Source of the DNA: Piromyces finnis finn
Taxonomy: Eukaryota; Fungi; Neocallimastigomycota
Direction: 5' to 3'
Length of the DNA stretch: 64,000 nucleotides
Assembly (NCBI GenBank): GCA_002104945.1
Contig: MCFH01000050.1
Coordinates: 248,001-312,000 of the forward strand
The notes below the pieces were generated by a model that was given only the letters and a program-made list of their open reading frames with translations, was not told the origin of the DNA and searched no databases. The position numbers and the translations under genes are program-made. The number at the start of each line of letters is the position of its first letter. Within the stretch, counting starts at the first letter, position 1. Of this stretch, positions 1 through 13,232 are shown piece by piece.

Positions 1-2
1 TT

Positions 3-3000
3 TTACCTGTAGTAGAAAAACTCGCAGACCCATACTTTATTAATAATTTAATTTATACAAAATTAGGTGAAGAAAGTTCTAAACCAAAAAAGAAGTTACA
101 GAAAAAAAGTTTTTCTCAAATGAATGTTTTAAAAAAAAAGAATAGTCAGACTAGTATGTTTAGCATAAATAGTTCAATAGTTGAAGACAATCAAAGTGTA
201 TCTTCAATAGGTCAAAATTATAACCTTAATGAAGTATTATATGATAGGTTAAATGATTCACCAATAGTTTCGTATGATCAAAAAAGTGAAATTTCACTTT
301 TAAGTGATTCAAATAATTATAAATCAAGTTTTGAAGAAGGAATGAAAGATGAGAAAATATATTATGATTTTACTAATTTTATGAAAGATCAAGAATTAGA
401 AGAATTATTATATTTATATATTAAAATTGAACAATATAAAAATTGCTTTGAAAATGATGAATATGATTTAGATGTTGTAAGTAATTATGGATATAATATT
501 ATTGATAACTTTATTTTCACTGAGCGTCAAACAATTCAACATAATTTACCAAATCCAAGTATTCTTGATAGATATAGAATGGAAATTGATTTTAATGTTT
601 TAAAAGGAAGTCTTTTTGATGATTTACAAAGAGAATTATCTAACATAATGAATCAAAAATATTGGCCTGTATTCATGAAATTATATGATCGTTATAGTGA
701 TATTAATGATAATAGTACTGATATTGATAGTGTACGTGATTTTGATGAAAATGTATCTATATTAAATCAATCAACTCTACCACCTAATGTTAGAGCTGTT
801 GAAGAGTATTCATTAGATGAATATAATATATGTAATAAAGAAGATATGGAGATAAATGCATTTATTAATCGTGTTCCTCCTGTTATTCAAAGAAAAAATG
901 TTATTAATAGATATCATTTATATAAGCATAGAAGAACACTTTCTGAAGCTGATTCTGTTTCTCTTAAAACATATGGTATTGATTATATTAATAAAATGAA
1001 TAATACATATGGAGAAAAGTTTATTATTAAAGATCATAAGCGAATTGATAGACATCTTGACCATTTAATTAATCTCAGTTATGATAAAGTTAAACAATAT
1101 GAAAGTGATATTAACTCAAAAAAGAAGGAAGTAGATGCGTTAGATCAAACTATTGAATATGTTATGGAGAATTTTAATAAGAGTGCCAATCAAGATGAAG
1201 AGCTTTTTCAAATTACTATTAAGAAGATTACTGCAAAAAAGATGGAATATCAAATGGAAGTTGAAGAGTTGAATCAAGTAAAATCTGCTATGGAAAGTAA
1301 AATTATAGAATTGAAGAGTCATCAAGAATTTAGAGCAAAATATAGAATCATAATTATTGATCCATTAAATAATTCTTTAGATAGTGATGCAGTTCTATCT
1401 GAAAATTATCAATTTCAATTAGAAGTTTATAATCTGTATAATATGAACGAAAAACATGTTCAATTTAAAACATATGAAGAATTTTATAATTTCCATTTAA
1501 TGTTAAAATTAAAATATAAGTCGATTCCTGACTTTCCAACATTTGAATATATTATATATAAAAAGAGAAGTTATAGAGATTCATTAATATCAAAACAAGC
1601 ATTACCAAAAGAAAAGCGTGAATCATCTTTTACTGACATTTATAAGATTAAAATAAATGAGCTAATTCAAGAATTAGAATATTATTTTAATACTTTAGCT
1701 AATATTCCAATAATTGGAGAAAATCATGACTTTATACAATTTGTTACAATACCTCCTCCAAAGCAAGTGTTACAAGGTCCAGCATCTGCATCAGCAGTAC
1801 CTCAGCGACAACAATCAGATATTGAACATGATCGTTTCAAAAGGTGGTCATTTAATGATAAAAAATCTAATAATAGTAGTGGTGGTTCATTATCTTCTAT
1901 GATGAATTTTATTAAGCCCTCAAAACATAAGAAGACAAAATCATCATCATTTTCTCTCAGTAGATTGAATGATAAGATTAATGATAAAATCAATGATAAA
2001 ATATTGAGTAAGACAACTAATATAAGCACAGGAAACATTTTAAGAAATATTGGACCGCATTCCAACTCGAGTTCTTCATTAACTCGTAGTCGTATTGCTA
2101 GTTTTAGTTTTGGTAAAAGCAAAAATAGGAATAGTTACCCTGCTAATAATGTTCCATTCACAAGTAATTTAGCTCAAAGTAATTTTGCTAATAATGTTGC
2201 AGCGACCAATTATTCTACCAACAACAATAACAACACCAATTATAATAGAAATAGGTCTTTTACTGATGTTGCTCTTAGAAATTACGAGCAAGACACTTAT
2301 GATATTGAAAATGATTCATATAGTATTAAATCATCTAAAGGTTCCGAGGAAAATATTAATATGAGTCCAGAAGCAGTTGATATGATTCTGGAATGCATCA
2401 TTTGGTAAGTAATTAAGTTTTTAGTTAGTATTAAGGTATATAATATTAGTCTAATTTGTTGTTATTAACATTCTTATTATTCCTATTATTATTTTATATA
2501 ATTTTTTATTTGAATGTTTCTATAATAGTTTGGTAGAAGAAATTTTCCAATTAAATAATCCTGACCAATGGATGAGACAAAAAGCTTTTCAAGTGGTAAA
2601 ACAAGTAGCATTGAAATCATTCAGTTCCAAAATCAATAATGTATTGTGTAAATTTTTAACGAAGGTATTTTCTGAAGAAAGTTTCACAAAATATATTAAT
2701 TCTCTTGATAAAAACCTATTCCATAAAAATGATGATAACGATGATAATAATGAAAACGGCAAAAAGAAAAAGAAGGAAATTTCTTATGAAGAAAAAGAAA
2801 AAATAAAGCATGATGCTAAGAAAATTTTATTAACAAGTAATAAAATTCCATACCATTATATAAGTAAAGTAGTTGGTAATCGTAATACTCAGAATGGAAT
2901 GAATCATCTTTTTGATATGTTCCAAGTTACAGAATTTAATAGACATTTAATATGTGTTATATTACAATCTATTGTAATTTGTATTTTTGATAATGATGAT

Positions 3001-3015
3001 ATTATTATTAATTAA
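3..3015 (+). CDS. PXA-PX-Nexin_C sorting nexin (Mdm1/SNX13/14/19/25 family), 5'-truncated by the window edge; intron 2405-2528
   Basis: The 120-2408 frame is open back to base 3 and reads LPVVEKLADPYFINNLI, which resembles the end of a PXA domain. A PX-like segment follows (YQFQLEVY...KTYEEFYNFHLMLKLKYKSIPDFP). GTAAGT at 2405 and AG at 2527-2528 join ECIIC-LVEEIFQL in frame to a Nexin_C-like exon (QWMRQKA...FDMFQVTEFNRHLICVIL). Confidence 0.8.
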
Positions 3016-3315
3016 AAAAAAAATTAAAAAATCAAAATCAATATCATTTAATATATAACGTTACTTATTTATTGCTAAATAGAAAAATGTAATTATAACA
3101 AAAATGACATGTAAAAAATTTAACTTTTCTATCGTTTTTAATAAATTATTTTATCATGTTAATAATAACAACATATATATATAAATATATAAATAAAGAA
3201 AACAATAATTTATAAACATTTTTATGGTATTTAATTGTAACTTTTTTTATTTATTTATTTATTTATTATTATTATTATCATAAATAATATTACTTTGATC
3301 AGTATAAATTAACTC

Positions 3316-5005
3316 TTAAATTGAAAATCTTTTTTTAGCTTCATCATTGATAATACAAATATGATCAAGATCTATATTTATTAGAATAGTTATATATTGT
3401 TATTAATATTAAAATGAACCATTTATATTTATCATAATTTATTGAACTATTATATATATACCTCTGTAGTGTTCATTATAATCTAGAAATTAAATAGATA
3501 TATAAATAAATAAATAAATAAATATTTAAGTATTTAAATATATAAGCATATAACTAATGAATTATTGTAATGATTATAATAAATTACCTAATGCATAACC
3601 AACAATAAATTCGTCAGGAATTGAAAAACCTATAATATAAAATTATTAATTTATTATAATTTTTAATTTATTATGATACCAATATTATTATTTTAAAATA
3701 ACTATAAATATTATGCACTTACCAACATAATCAGGCTAAATAAAATATTTAAATATAAAAAATAAATTATTAAAATAAAAATTATTATTTTAAACAAAAA
3801 TATAAAATATGGATTTAATAAAATTTTACAATGTATGGATAATCTTGATTTTCTCTTTTCTTTATTAATAAACAAGCTACTTTAATACTTCTTGGATTAT
3901 ATTGCTTAAGATATTTTAATAATTCAATCATTGTTTTACCAGTATCAACTACAATTGAGTTGATATAATAAGAAGGTTAAAAAACTTTATTTTTATAATA
4001 AAGAAAAAATATATATTAATTTATATATATTTACCAAGGTCTTCAACGATTAAAATATCCTAAATATAAAAAATTTAATTATTATATTAATATATGTATT
4101 TATTTTTAAAAATTCTTTAGGTATTTATGAATACCTTTCCTTCAAATTTTCTTAACTCTTCTTCAGATAATGAAATTTTAACATTACCAGAACTTTGAGT
4201 ATTAATATAGCTCTTAACCTATTTTATTGTATTTTATTGTATTAATAAGTATTTTATTTTTAATAATTTTTTTTTATAATAATTTTATCGTTTTTGAAGA
4301 TATTGTATATTTACTCTAATAAAATCATATGTTAATGGAACAGAACTATTGTTGATAGTTCTAATTTTTTTTATCTAAAGTAAATATTGAAAATAATTTT
4401 ATTTTTTATTAATTTGCACTTTAAATTTGAAATATATATATAAACTATTAAACCGTACTTCAGCAACTAAATCTGAAAAAAATTGATAACCTCCTTTTAA
4501 AATACAACAGACATCTATAATTGAAATTGCATGATATAAATGTATAAGTTTATAAAAAACGTTAAAAAATAATTGTAATAAATAATTACTTAATGGTCCA
4601 TTGGCATCATTCACAATATCATTTGCTAAACGAGCAATTCTGTCTTTGACAAAACCGTCTAATTATTTTTTAAAAATATTTTTAATTAAATTGAATTCAA
4701 ATGTAATTAACAATTTTTATTATATTGAATTTATGTAATTAATGTCATACACGGAATTAAAACACTTTTAATATCCTTATTATAATGTGGAGCTTATTTT
4801 TACATTTTAAACATGAATATAATTATTATATATATAATTAATCATAAAATTATAATATTAAGAAAAAAGAAATTGGAAATTTAATAAAATATATTCATTT
4901 TTATTTTTAATTAATATAATTTCTATAATAATTACGAATGCAGAATAAATCCGGGGAATATTGAATGTCACTTGTAATATCAATCCATTTATTATTAGAA
5001 GTCAT
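3316..5005 (-). CDS. HPRT: Hypoxanthine-guanine phosphoribosyltransferase, multi-exon
   Basis: Manually spliced minus-strand exons give MTSNNKWIDITSDIQYSPDLFCIPPHYNKDIKSVLIPYGFVKDRIARLANDIV, VCCILKGGYQFFSDLV, VDTGKTMIELLKYL, FSIPDEFIVGYA and DLDHICIINDEAKKRFSI*. These are the PRPP-loop and other HPRT motifs. ATG at 5005, stop at 3316-3318. Confidence 0.92.
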
Positions 5006-5483
5006 TTTAATTTTTGTTTTTCTTATAATTATTAATAAATTAGTTATAAACTTATTTTAAAGTATTTATTGTGAATCATACACAAATTTATTACTTACAA
5101 TCTAATATACTTTATAATATTTAATAGGTTAGGTTAAATTAATATTTAAAATAAATTTTAGAGTGAAATAATTTTTTAAAAATCTTTATTTTTTTTTCCT
5201 TTTTTTTTTCTTTTATATAAATAATATTAATAGAAAGAGGAATTAAACTAAAAGAAACATACAGAATATTTAAATAACATTAGTGATGTTATAAATAATA
5301 AAAACAAAAATATTAAATAACTTGGTTATTATAATAATATTTACAAGTTGTATTTTTTTTTTTTAATAAAAGAATTAAAATTTTTTGAATTAACCGGAAA
5401 AATATATTATATAATATTTATTATTATTTTCAAAATTAGATTCTTTTAATATATTAAAACAAAAAATATATTAAAATGTTATT

Positions 5484-7522
5484 ATGGAATCAAAACTGAG
5501 TAATAGAAGTAGAAGTAGTATATATTTAAATAAATATGGTAGTGATGACGATGATATATCATTTAATACTATCAGAGGAAGAGATAGTAATTTTAATTTA
5601 AAAAAGCTATCAAACGACGATATTTTTAAAATACCTAATATTGAGAAAAGTACTAGTCAAATAAGTATTAATACGGTTGCCTCAAATGAAAGTGTAAATA
5701 CTATTGGTGAGATAAATATTGTTGAGTTAGATAATGAAAACGAAAAAACACTTAATTTACCTTGTATTAATCTTCATCAAAAGAAAAATATAAATACAAA
5801 GAAGAATTCTTCAACTTCCAAAGATAATGTAAATTCCGAGAATAATAATTTTGATATTAAAGTTAATATTGTAAAGAATTCTCGGAATTCTACTAGCCAA
5901 AAGAAAAAACATTTTTCAGAGGAAAATTTATTATTTAAAAAAATTAATATATTACCAAAGAACATAATAGATGAAACAAATAGCCATATTACTAAAAAAG
6001 GTATCAAGATTAAAGTAAATATATAATAAATATATAATAATGTAACATGTCAACTATATGTCTAGATTTAAACAAACATATATATTATATTTATATAAAA
6101 AATGAATGAATAATTTGGAATAAAAAGATAGCATTAATCGACAATTAACAGGTATATAAATATTTTCTTTCATATATCTAAAAACAAAAAGCCTCTAAGT
6201 ATATATATTAATATCTTATATAGGGAGAAAAAAAAGTTTATTATCAGATATCTATGATGATAATATTATATATTCAGTAAAAGTGGTATATTTTAAATAT
6301 TTTTGTAATAAGAATTAAATCTTTTTGTAATAAATAATATATTTAAGATCTAATGGTTCAATAATTTATATATATATATTTTTTTTATTTACTTTTATAA
6401 TTTTTATATAAGGAATATGATAATGAAAAAAAAGAAAATAATATTAATAATAAAAAATTAATTGAAGATTTTATAAAAAATGATATTAATATAAAGAATG
6501 TTAAAAAGGATTCAAAAAGTAGTATTAAGAATAAGAATTTAAAATTAAGAAATAAGAAAAACAAAAGTATTATTACTGAAACAGTCAATAGTAACAATAA
6601 TAGGTTATCTATGTCGCAAATAAATTCAAGCGTAGATGATAAAATGAAAATTCAAACTATTGCAAGTTCAATAAAATTGTTAACAAAAAAACCAAGAAAA
6701 AAGAAATCAAGAAAGATGTTAATAAAAGAAGCAAAAAATAGTGATGAAATCAGTACTGTAAATGCCATAAAAGCTAGTGATATTATCAGTAAACTTGATA
6801 AAATAAGTAGAAAAAGTAAGAATGAAAAAATTCAAAATAAAGATATTAATGATAAAAGAAATAAAAAAAGTAAAATCCTTAAAGATAATGTAATAAATGA
6901 TATTAACCCAAACGAAAATAATACAATTAATGATAATAAAAATGATGATGATAATAATAAGAATTGTAACGATATAAAGGATAATAATAAGAATGATGAT
7001 AATAATAATAAGAATTGTAACAATATAAGGAATAATAATAAAAATAATAAAACCGATATAAACGGTTCTCTAAATAAAGTAAGAGAATCAAAAAATGAAA
7101 AAGTTAATAATAATATCCATGATAATAGTCCAATAAAAACAATAACATCTACTAAGGTGTTTAATTCAAAGGTTGATAAAAATGACTTATTAAATAAAAA
7201 ACAAGCAAAAGATTCTAATTCAAAAATAAGAAAAAGTATGAGTAAACTTAATTCAAATAATAATTCATATTTGAATAATAATTTTAATAAAAAACAAAAT
7301 AATTTTATGTTAAATAAAATTTTTGAAAAGAAAAGTAATCGTTATATATATGATTTTAATGATATCAATATAAACATGAATAAAATTACGTCTAATGATA
7401 AATACTCAGAGAAGCAATCATTAAGTGATAGAAAAAATTATATATGGTTACAAAAAAGGGCAGAAGTAATGTTTATTAATGAGTTGTTACATTTTATTGA
7501 AAAAGAAAAAGATGAAGTTTAA
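5484..7522 (+). CDS. Hypothetical Lys/Asn-rich low-complexity protein, probably multi-exon
   Basis: ORFs 5484-6026 and 6611-7522 are on the same strand, and the second frame is open upstream to about 6413 after an AG. No recognisable domain; internal exon structure is uncertain. Confidence 0.5.
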
Positions 7523-8040
7523 TATGAGCTTTTCTTTCATTAGAATTGATATGAATTTATAAATTTATTATAATAAAACAAATTATAAATAAAAAATTGT
7601 AAAATGTAATACATATTAATATTAAAGGGCTGAAATTTATATCTTATAAAATAATTTTAAAGATTCCTTTTGAGATTTTTATAAAATATAAATATTTACA
7701 ATATTAAATATATAATATATCCAGTAGTTTATATTAATTTAACTCTTAAAAACATTGATAATTTTTATTTAATAATATACCAAAAGTTTAGATTTTTTTT
7801 TTTAAAATTTAATTTAAGTTTAAAATGTTACACAAAATAATTTGAAAATTTTATTATTTATATAAATCTTTAATTTTTATTTTTATTTAAATTTTATATT
7901 ATTATTTTTTTTTTTCTGTTGATTAATTTTTTTATTTTATTTTTTACTCTTTTTAGAAAATATTTTACAATATATAAATAAATAAATAAATAAACAAATA
8001 AATCATTATTATGTTATTTATAATTAAATTTACTTATAAG

Positions 8041-9591
8041 TTATAAAATAGAAAAAGCTTTTTTGTCAGCGTATTCAATAATATTATCAAGAACTTTAGT
8101 TTCCCATCCAGCTAATGAGTGAGTTTGTTTGTATCTATTACATAAATCTATAATTTCTTGAGTATTATTATTTGTAATCGCTAAATCAATATTCTATATG
8201 AAATATATATATTTATTGTTAATAATACTGAAAAAAAAACTATAATAAAAATATAAAAAAATATTACATGACATAAATTATATTCAGAAGAATCTTCAAA
8301 AATTGGATAGTTTTGAATATAATTATAAATAGTACTTGATAAAGAAGAGAATTTATTTCTAGTAATACATTTATTTAATGAAAGAAGAGAAGCTTTTCCA
8401 AGTGAATTAGAAACATTATATTTTAATAAAGGTTCATCAGCACTTCTCTTAGCGATATCTTCAAAAATATTAATAGCTTTGTCAGCATAATTATTGCCAA
8501 TTTCTGCAGCTATGTTAGCATATGAAATTCTAGTTTGGATACCGTTATTGCCATCCATTCTATCATATAAGTTAATAGCCATAGTATAATATTCATATGC
8601 ACTCTTTAAATTATTTTGTTTTCTTGAAATTTGTGCCATTGATTCATATAATCTTGCAGCTCTTGATAAAGTTCTATTTTGACTAGCAAACAATTTTGCA
8701 GCGGATTTTGCATTATCAATAGCACATGCTTTATTCATATTTATATTATATATATATATATATATATTGATAGTAGTATTTCATTTTAAAAAAAATAAAA
8801 GATATATATTATAAAAATAATAATCAAAATATATACATTTAATAATAAATTAGGAAATGGATAGATATATTATGAAAAGAAAAACATTTACAATAGTTTT
8901 CGTTAGTTTGATAGATTTTAAATGCATTTTCGTAATTAATAGCAGCTTCATAGGCGTTTCTATCTTTTTCATAACCATTAGCAGCCTTAATGTATAGTTT
9001 AGCAGCTTCATTATCTTTTAAAAACGTAATAATATAATTATATTATTTAAGTGATAAATTTAAAAATTATTAAAATAGAATGTAATATAATTCTATAAAG
9101 AATAAAAACAATACAATTTTTTTGTGCTTTTTCTTTATTTGCAGAAATAACCATTTCCTCAAGCTTTTTTTCGTATTCAGCATTGGACTGTTGTTGTTCT
9201 CCTGATTTTATTTCACCAGAAATAGGATACCAAGAATTACAAATTCCAAGGAAAGTTGGTCCATTTGGTTGAATTACACAAATTGAACATACAGAATAGT
9301 TTTGATATGTATAACGTGGTAATGGAGCAACTGCTTGAGATAGCATGTTATTCATTTTATTCAAAAACTTAGAATTGGTAGTACTAGTTTTTTCTTTTCT
9401 TTTTCCTTCTAAATATTTTTTAAATGATTTTTCATCTGATATTGAAATTTATATTTATCATAAAGAATATTAAGAAGGAGTATACATTTTAAATATTAAT
9501 ATTTTTTCATTCAATTAACAATTTTAAAGATACCTGGACAAGTTTTATAACAAACGATGCATAAAGCAGCGAATAATGCAAATTTTATCAT
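8041..9591 (-). CDS. Alpha-SNAP (Sec17)-like TPR protein with an N-terminal hydrophobic signal/anchor and an extra domain; 5 exons
   Basis: Exon 1 (9591-9534) MIKFALFAALCIVCYKTCP splices in phase 1 to 9435 (DEKSFKKYLEG...). Later exons give EAAKLYIKAANGYEKDRNAYEAAINYENAFKIY, SRAARLYESMAQI, KAINIFEDIAKRSADEPLLKYNV and YPIFEDSSEYNLC, matching the alpha-SNAP pattern. Stop at 8041-8043. Confidence 0.75.
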
Positions 9592-10372
9592 TTTAATAAT
9601 TTATTAATACTTTTAAATGAAGACTGTTTTATTTGTTATTATTTGTATTTTAAAGGTTTTGTTTTTATAGTTATAAAGTAATAAATTGTAATATTAAACT
9701 AATGAAATATTAGAATTATTTAATTTTATTGAAATTCCTTTTTTTATATTGTTATATTTAAGTTATTTTGTGTAAAAAAAAATAGTGTAGTTTTTATTTA
9801 TTATTGTTTTTTTATTTTTGTTTTTATTTTTTTTTTAATAATTTCTATTCTTTTTTTATTATTACAAAGAAAAGGTAAAATAACATACCACAATTTTAAA
9901 AAATATATATTTGAATAAATATTATTAATAAATAAAGTTTATTAAAATATTTATTTACAACTTTTTTTTTTAAATATTATAATTTTTATCTTAAACATGA
10001 ATTATATATTAGAAAAATTTATATATATAATTAATGACAATAGAAAAGTATAGCATTTGTCATTATTGATATTTATACAATATTTAAAAGTAAAACTTTT
10101 TTTTTCTTTTGTTTTATATTATATTTTATAATGTAAGTAAAAAAACATATTATAATTATTTTTATTTTAAAATAACGATATTATATATATATATATAGTT
10201 TTTTATATTTTAATCCAAATTTCCATTAATTAAATATTTTTATTAAAATTACAAGTAGTCATTATTATGTTATTTTAAAATTGAAATTGTCGTGCTATAA
10301 AATAGGGTTTTATAATTTATATATATTTAAACTTTTTTAATCATTTAGTAATAATCCTTATTTAAATTAATT

Positions 10373-10374
10373 AA

Positions 10375-10437
<63 letters not shown>

Positions 10438-10465
10438 ATATATAAATAAATAAATAAATAAATAA
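10373..10465. repeat. (TAAA)n microsatellite
   Basis: Long, nearly perfect TAAA run upstream of PGK. Confidence 0.9.
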
Positions 10466-10879
10466 AATTTAATATATGTTTTATATATAAAAGAAAATTT
10501 TAGAATATATTAAAAAATAATTTATGAATATATATTTAGTACAATTTCTAATTTCTGTATATATTTAATAAATAAATTTGATTTTTACTTATTTGATATT
10601 ACATACATTAAATATATATGTATGATTGATATAATTTCAATGATAAACCAATAAAAAGCGTTTCATGAACAGCCATCACATAATATGAAATATATCTAAT
10701 ATAATATAATATATGATAATCTTATATATAATATTTATTAATATTCAATAGATTATTCAATTGAAACATTTATTAAAAAAAAAAAAAAAATTATAAATAT
10801 AAGTAAGAAATTGAAAACAAAATTTTTTTCTTCACAATAAAATTTTTTTATACCTATAAAAAAATAGTTATTATTCATC

Positions 10880-12455
10880 ATGGTTAATCTTCAATCTAAG
10901 CTTAGCATTCAAGACGTTGACGTTAAGGGAAAGCGTGTTGTTATCAGGTAATAATTGAAAAAAAAACAGGAAAAAAATAAAGTATTATTGTTATGATTAA
11001 GAATTACAATATTAATGCATTTATGAAAGTTAATTATTATTTATTAACTTTAATGAAAATTATTAATAAATGTAATTTAAAATAATAATAATATTAAAGT
11101 AAAAAAGCAATTTAATAAATAAAATAGTAAAAGATAAAAGATATTAATTTTATTTAATATATTAATAAATTAAAGAGTTGATTTCAACGTACCATTCCTT
11201 GATGGTAAGATCTCCAACAACCAACGTATTGTTGCTGCTTTACCAACTATCAAGTACGCTTTAGACAATGGTAAATATAAATTAATAATTAATTATGCAA
11301 GAAAAAAAAAGGAAAGATAATAACAGGAATTAATAAAAATAAAAACAATTAAAAATAATAGGAGCTAAGTCTGTTGTTCTTATTTCCCACCTTGGTCGTC
11401 CAAACGGTTCTCCAAACCAAAAGTACACTCTTAAGCCAGTCGCTGCTGAAGTTGAAGCTCTTCTCGGTAAGCCAGTTACTTTCTTAAACGAATGTGTTGG
11501 TGCTGAAGTTGAAGCTGCTTGTGCTAACCCAGCTGAAGGTTCCGTTATCCTTCTTGAAAACGCTCGTTTCCACATTGAAGAAGAAGGTAAGTCCAAGGAC
11601 AAGGACGGTAACAAAATCACCGCTTCTGCTGATGATGTTGCTAAGTTCAGAGCCTCCCTTACCAAGCTCGGTGATGTCTTCATCAACGATGCTTTCGGTA
11701 CTGCTCACCGTGCTCACTCTACCATGGTCGGTATTGATCTTCCAGTCAAGGCTGCCGGTATGTTAATGAAGAAGGAATTAGAATTCTTCGGTAAGGCTTT
11801 AGAATCCCCAGAAAGACCATTCCTTGCTATTCTTGGTGGTGCTAAGGTTTCTGACAAGATCCAATTAATTAACAACCTTATTGACAAGGTTAACGCTCTT
11901 ATCATTGGTGGTGGTATGGCTTTCACTTTCAAGAAGGTCTTAGACAATGTTGCCATTGGTAACTCTCTCTACGATGAAGCTGGTGCTGCTATTGTTAAGG
12001 ACATCATGGAAAAGGCCAAGAAGAACAATGTTGCCATTTACCTTCCATGCGATTACTACATTGCCGACAAGTTCGCCAAGGATGCTCAAAAGGAATGTGT
12101 CGATGATGCTGAAGGTATCAAGGACGGTTGGATGGGTCTTGATGTTGGACCAAAGTCTAGCGAAACTTTCAAGAAGGTTATCCTTTCTGCCAAGACTATT
12201 GTCTGGAACGGTCCACCAGGTGTCTTCGAATTCGACAGCTTCGCTGATGGTACCAAGGCTATGTTAGATGCCGTTGTTGAAGCTACTAAGAACGGTGCTA
12301 TGAGTATTGTTGGTGGTGGTGATACCGCTACTGTTGCCAAGAAGTTCGGTGCTGAAGACAAGATCAGTCACATCTCTACTGGTGGTGGTGCTTCCCTTGA
12401 ACTTTTAGAAGGTAAGGACCTTCCAGGTGTTGTTGCTCTCTCTGACAAGCAATAA
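10880..12455 (+). CDS. PGK1: Phosphoglycerate kinase; exons 10880-10947, 11176-11270, 11362-12455
   Basis: [86 protein letters not shown] and [14 protein letters not shown] are all present, with canonical GT-AG introns. Confidence 0.98.
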
Positions 12456-12953
12456 ATGATTTTTAACCAAGAAGAACCAAATATATCATGAATGTATAAA
12501 TAAATTATTATACAAAAATTTCTATTAATTTTTATAGAAAAATTATAGGAATAAAAATTTTAATTGTAAAGGAAATCAAAATTTGTTTCCTAAAAGAATT
12601 AAACAATATAAAAATGGATTAAAGAATATAAAAGGAATATAATTATATCCTATTAAAAGTGAACAAAATAAATAAAGCAAATAAAAAATTATAAAACAAA
12701 AATAATTTTAAAGGTGTAAAAATACGTTAATGTGATAAGTTTTTTTTTTTTTTTGATATTAGTTAAATAGATAAAATATAAAAAGCAAATATTTGTATTT
12801 TTGCTTTGTAAAAGTATAATGGATTTTTTTTAATAGATTAAATGTATGAGGTTGGTGAAACATTTTCAACAATTTTTATTAGTAATACTATGAAGGTATT
12901 ATTTGACAGGCTTAAAAAAGAGTTTAAATGTCATGTCCATTTTTGTAATAAAC

Positions 12954-13123
12954 AGTCGTTCCAGTTTTTATCCTGGTTGTTAAGGCGTTTCCTTAGCATA
13001 CATAAGGCTTCTGGTTCGACCCCGCAGATGTCAGTGCCTGTGGATTTTCCCACTGGGTTTGCCATGGGTTGGGTTATGATATTCAGGTAAGTATAAATGA
13101 AGAGATTTAAAATATTTGATGCC

Positions 13124-13156
<33 letters not shown>
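12954..13156 (+). mobile_element. SINE-like non-autonomous retroelement (173 bp body plus A30) with a 13-bp TSD
   Basis: TTTTGTAATAAAC occurs at 12941-12953 and 13157-13169. The head contains B-box-like GGTTCGACCCC. The last 21 nt before the poly(A), TTTAAAATATTTGATGCCGTT, are identical to the LINE 3' end at 19108-19128. Confidence 0.8.
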
Positions 13157-13160
<4 letters not shown>

Positions 13161-13232
13161 GTAATAAACTTTCCAAAGAGTTTACTTCAACTGCTTTTTC
13201 AATTGCAGACGAGCTCAGTATTACTTCAGCAA

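Noticed and set aside
10880-12455. GC-rich island at PGK as horizontal transfer
   Set aside because: It has spliceosomal introns and a eukaryotic-type PGK sequence. The GC reflects codon bias of a highly expressed glycolytic gene. The overlapping ORFs are shadows of that bias.
12954-13030. Functional tRNA gene
   Set aside because: There is no complete cloverleaf or acceptor stem, the anticodon loop is non-canonical, and it lies inside a TSD-bounded poly(A) element.
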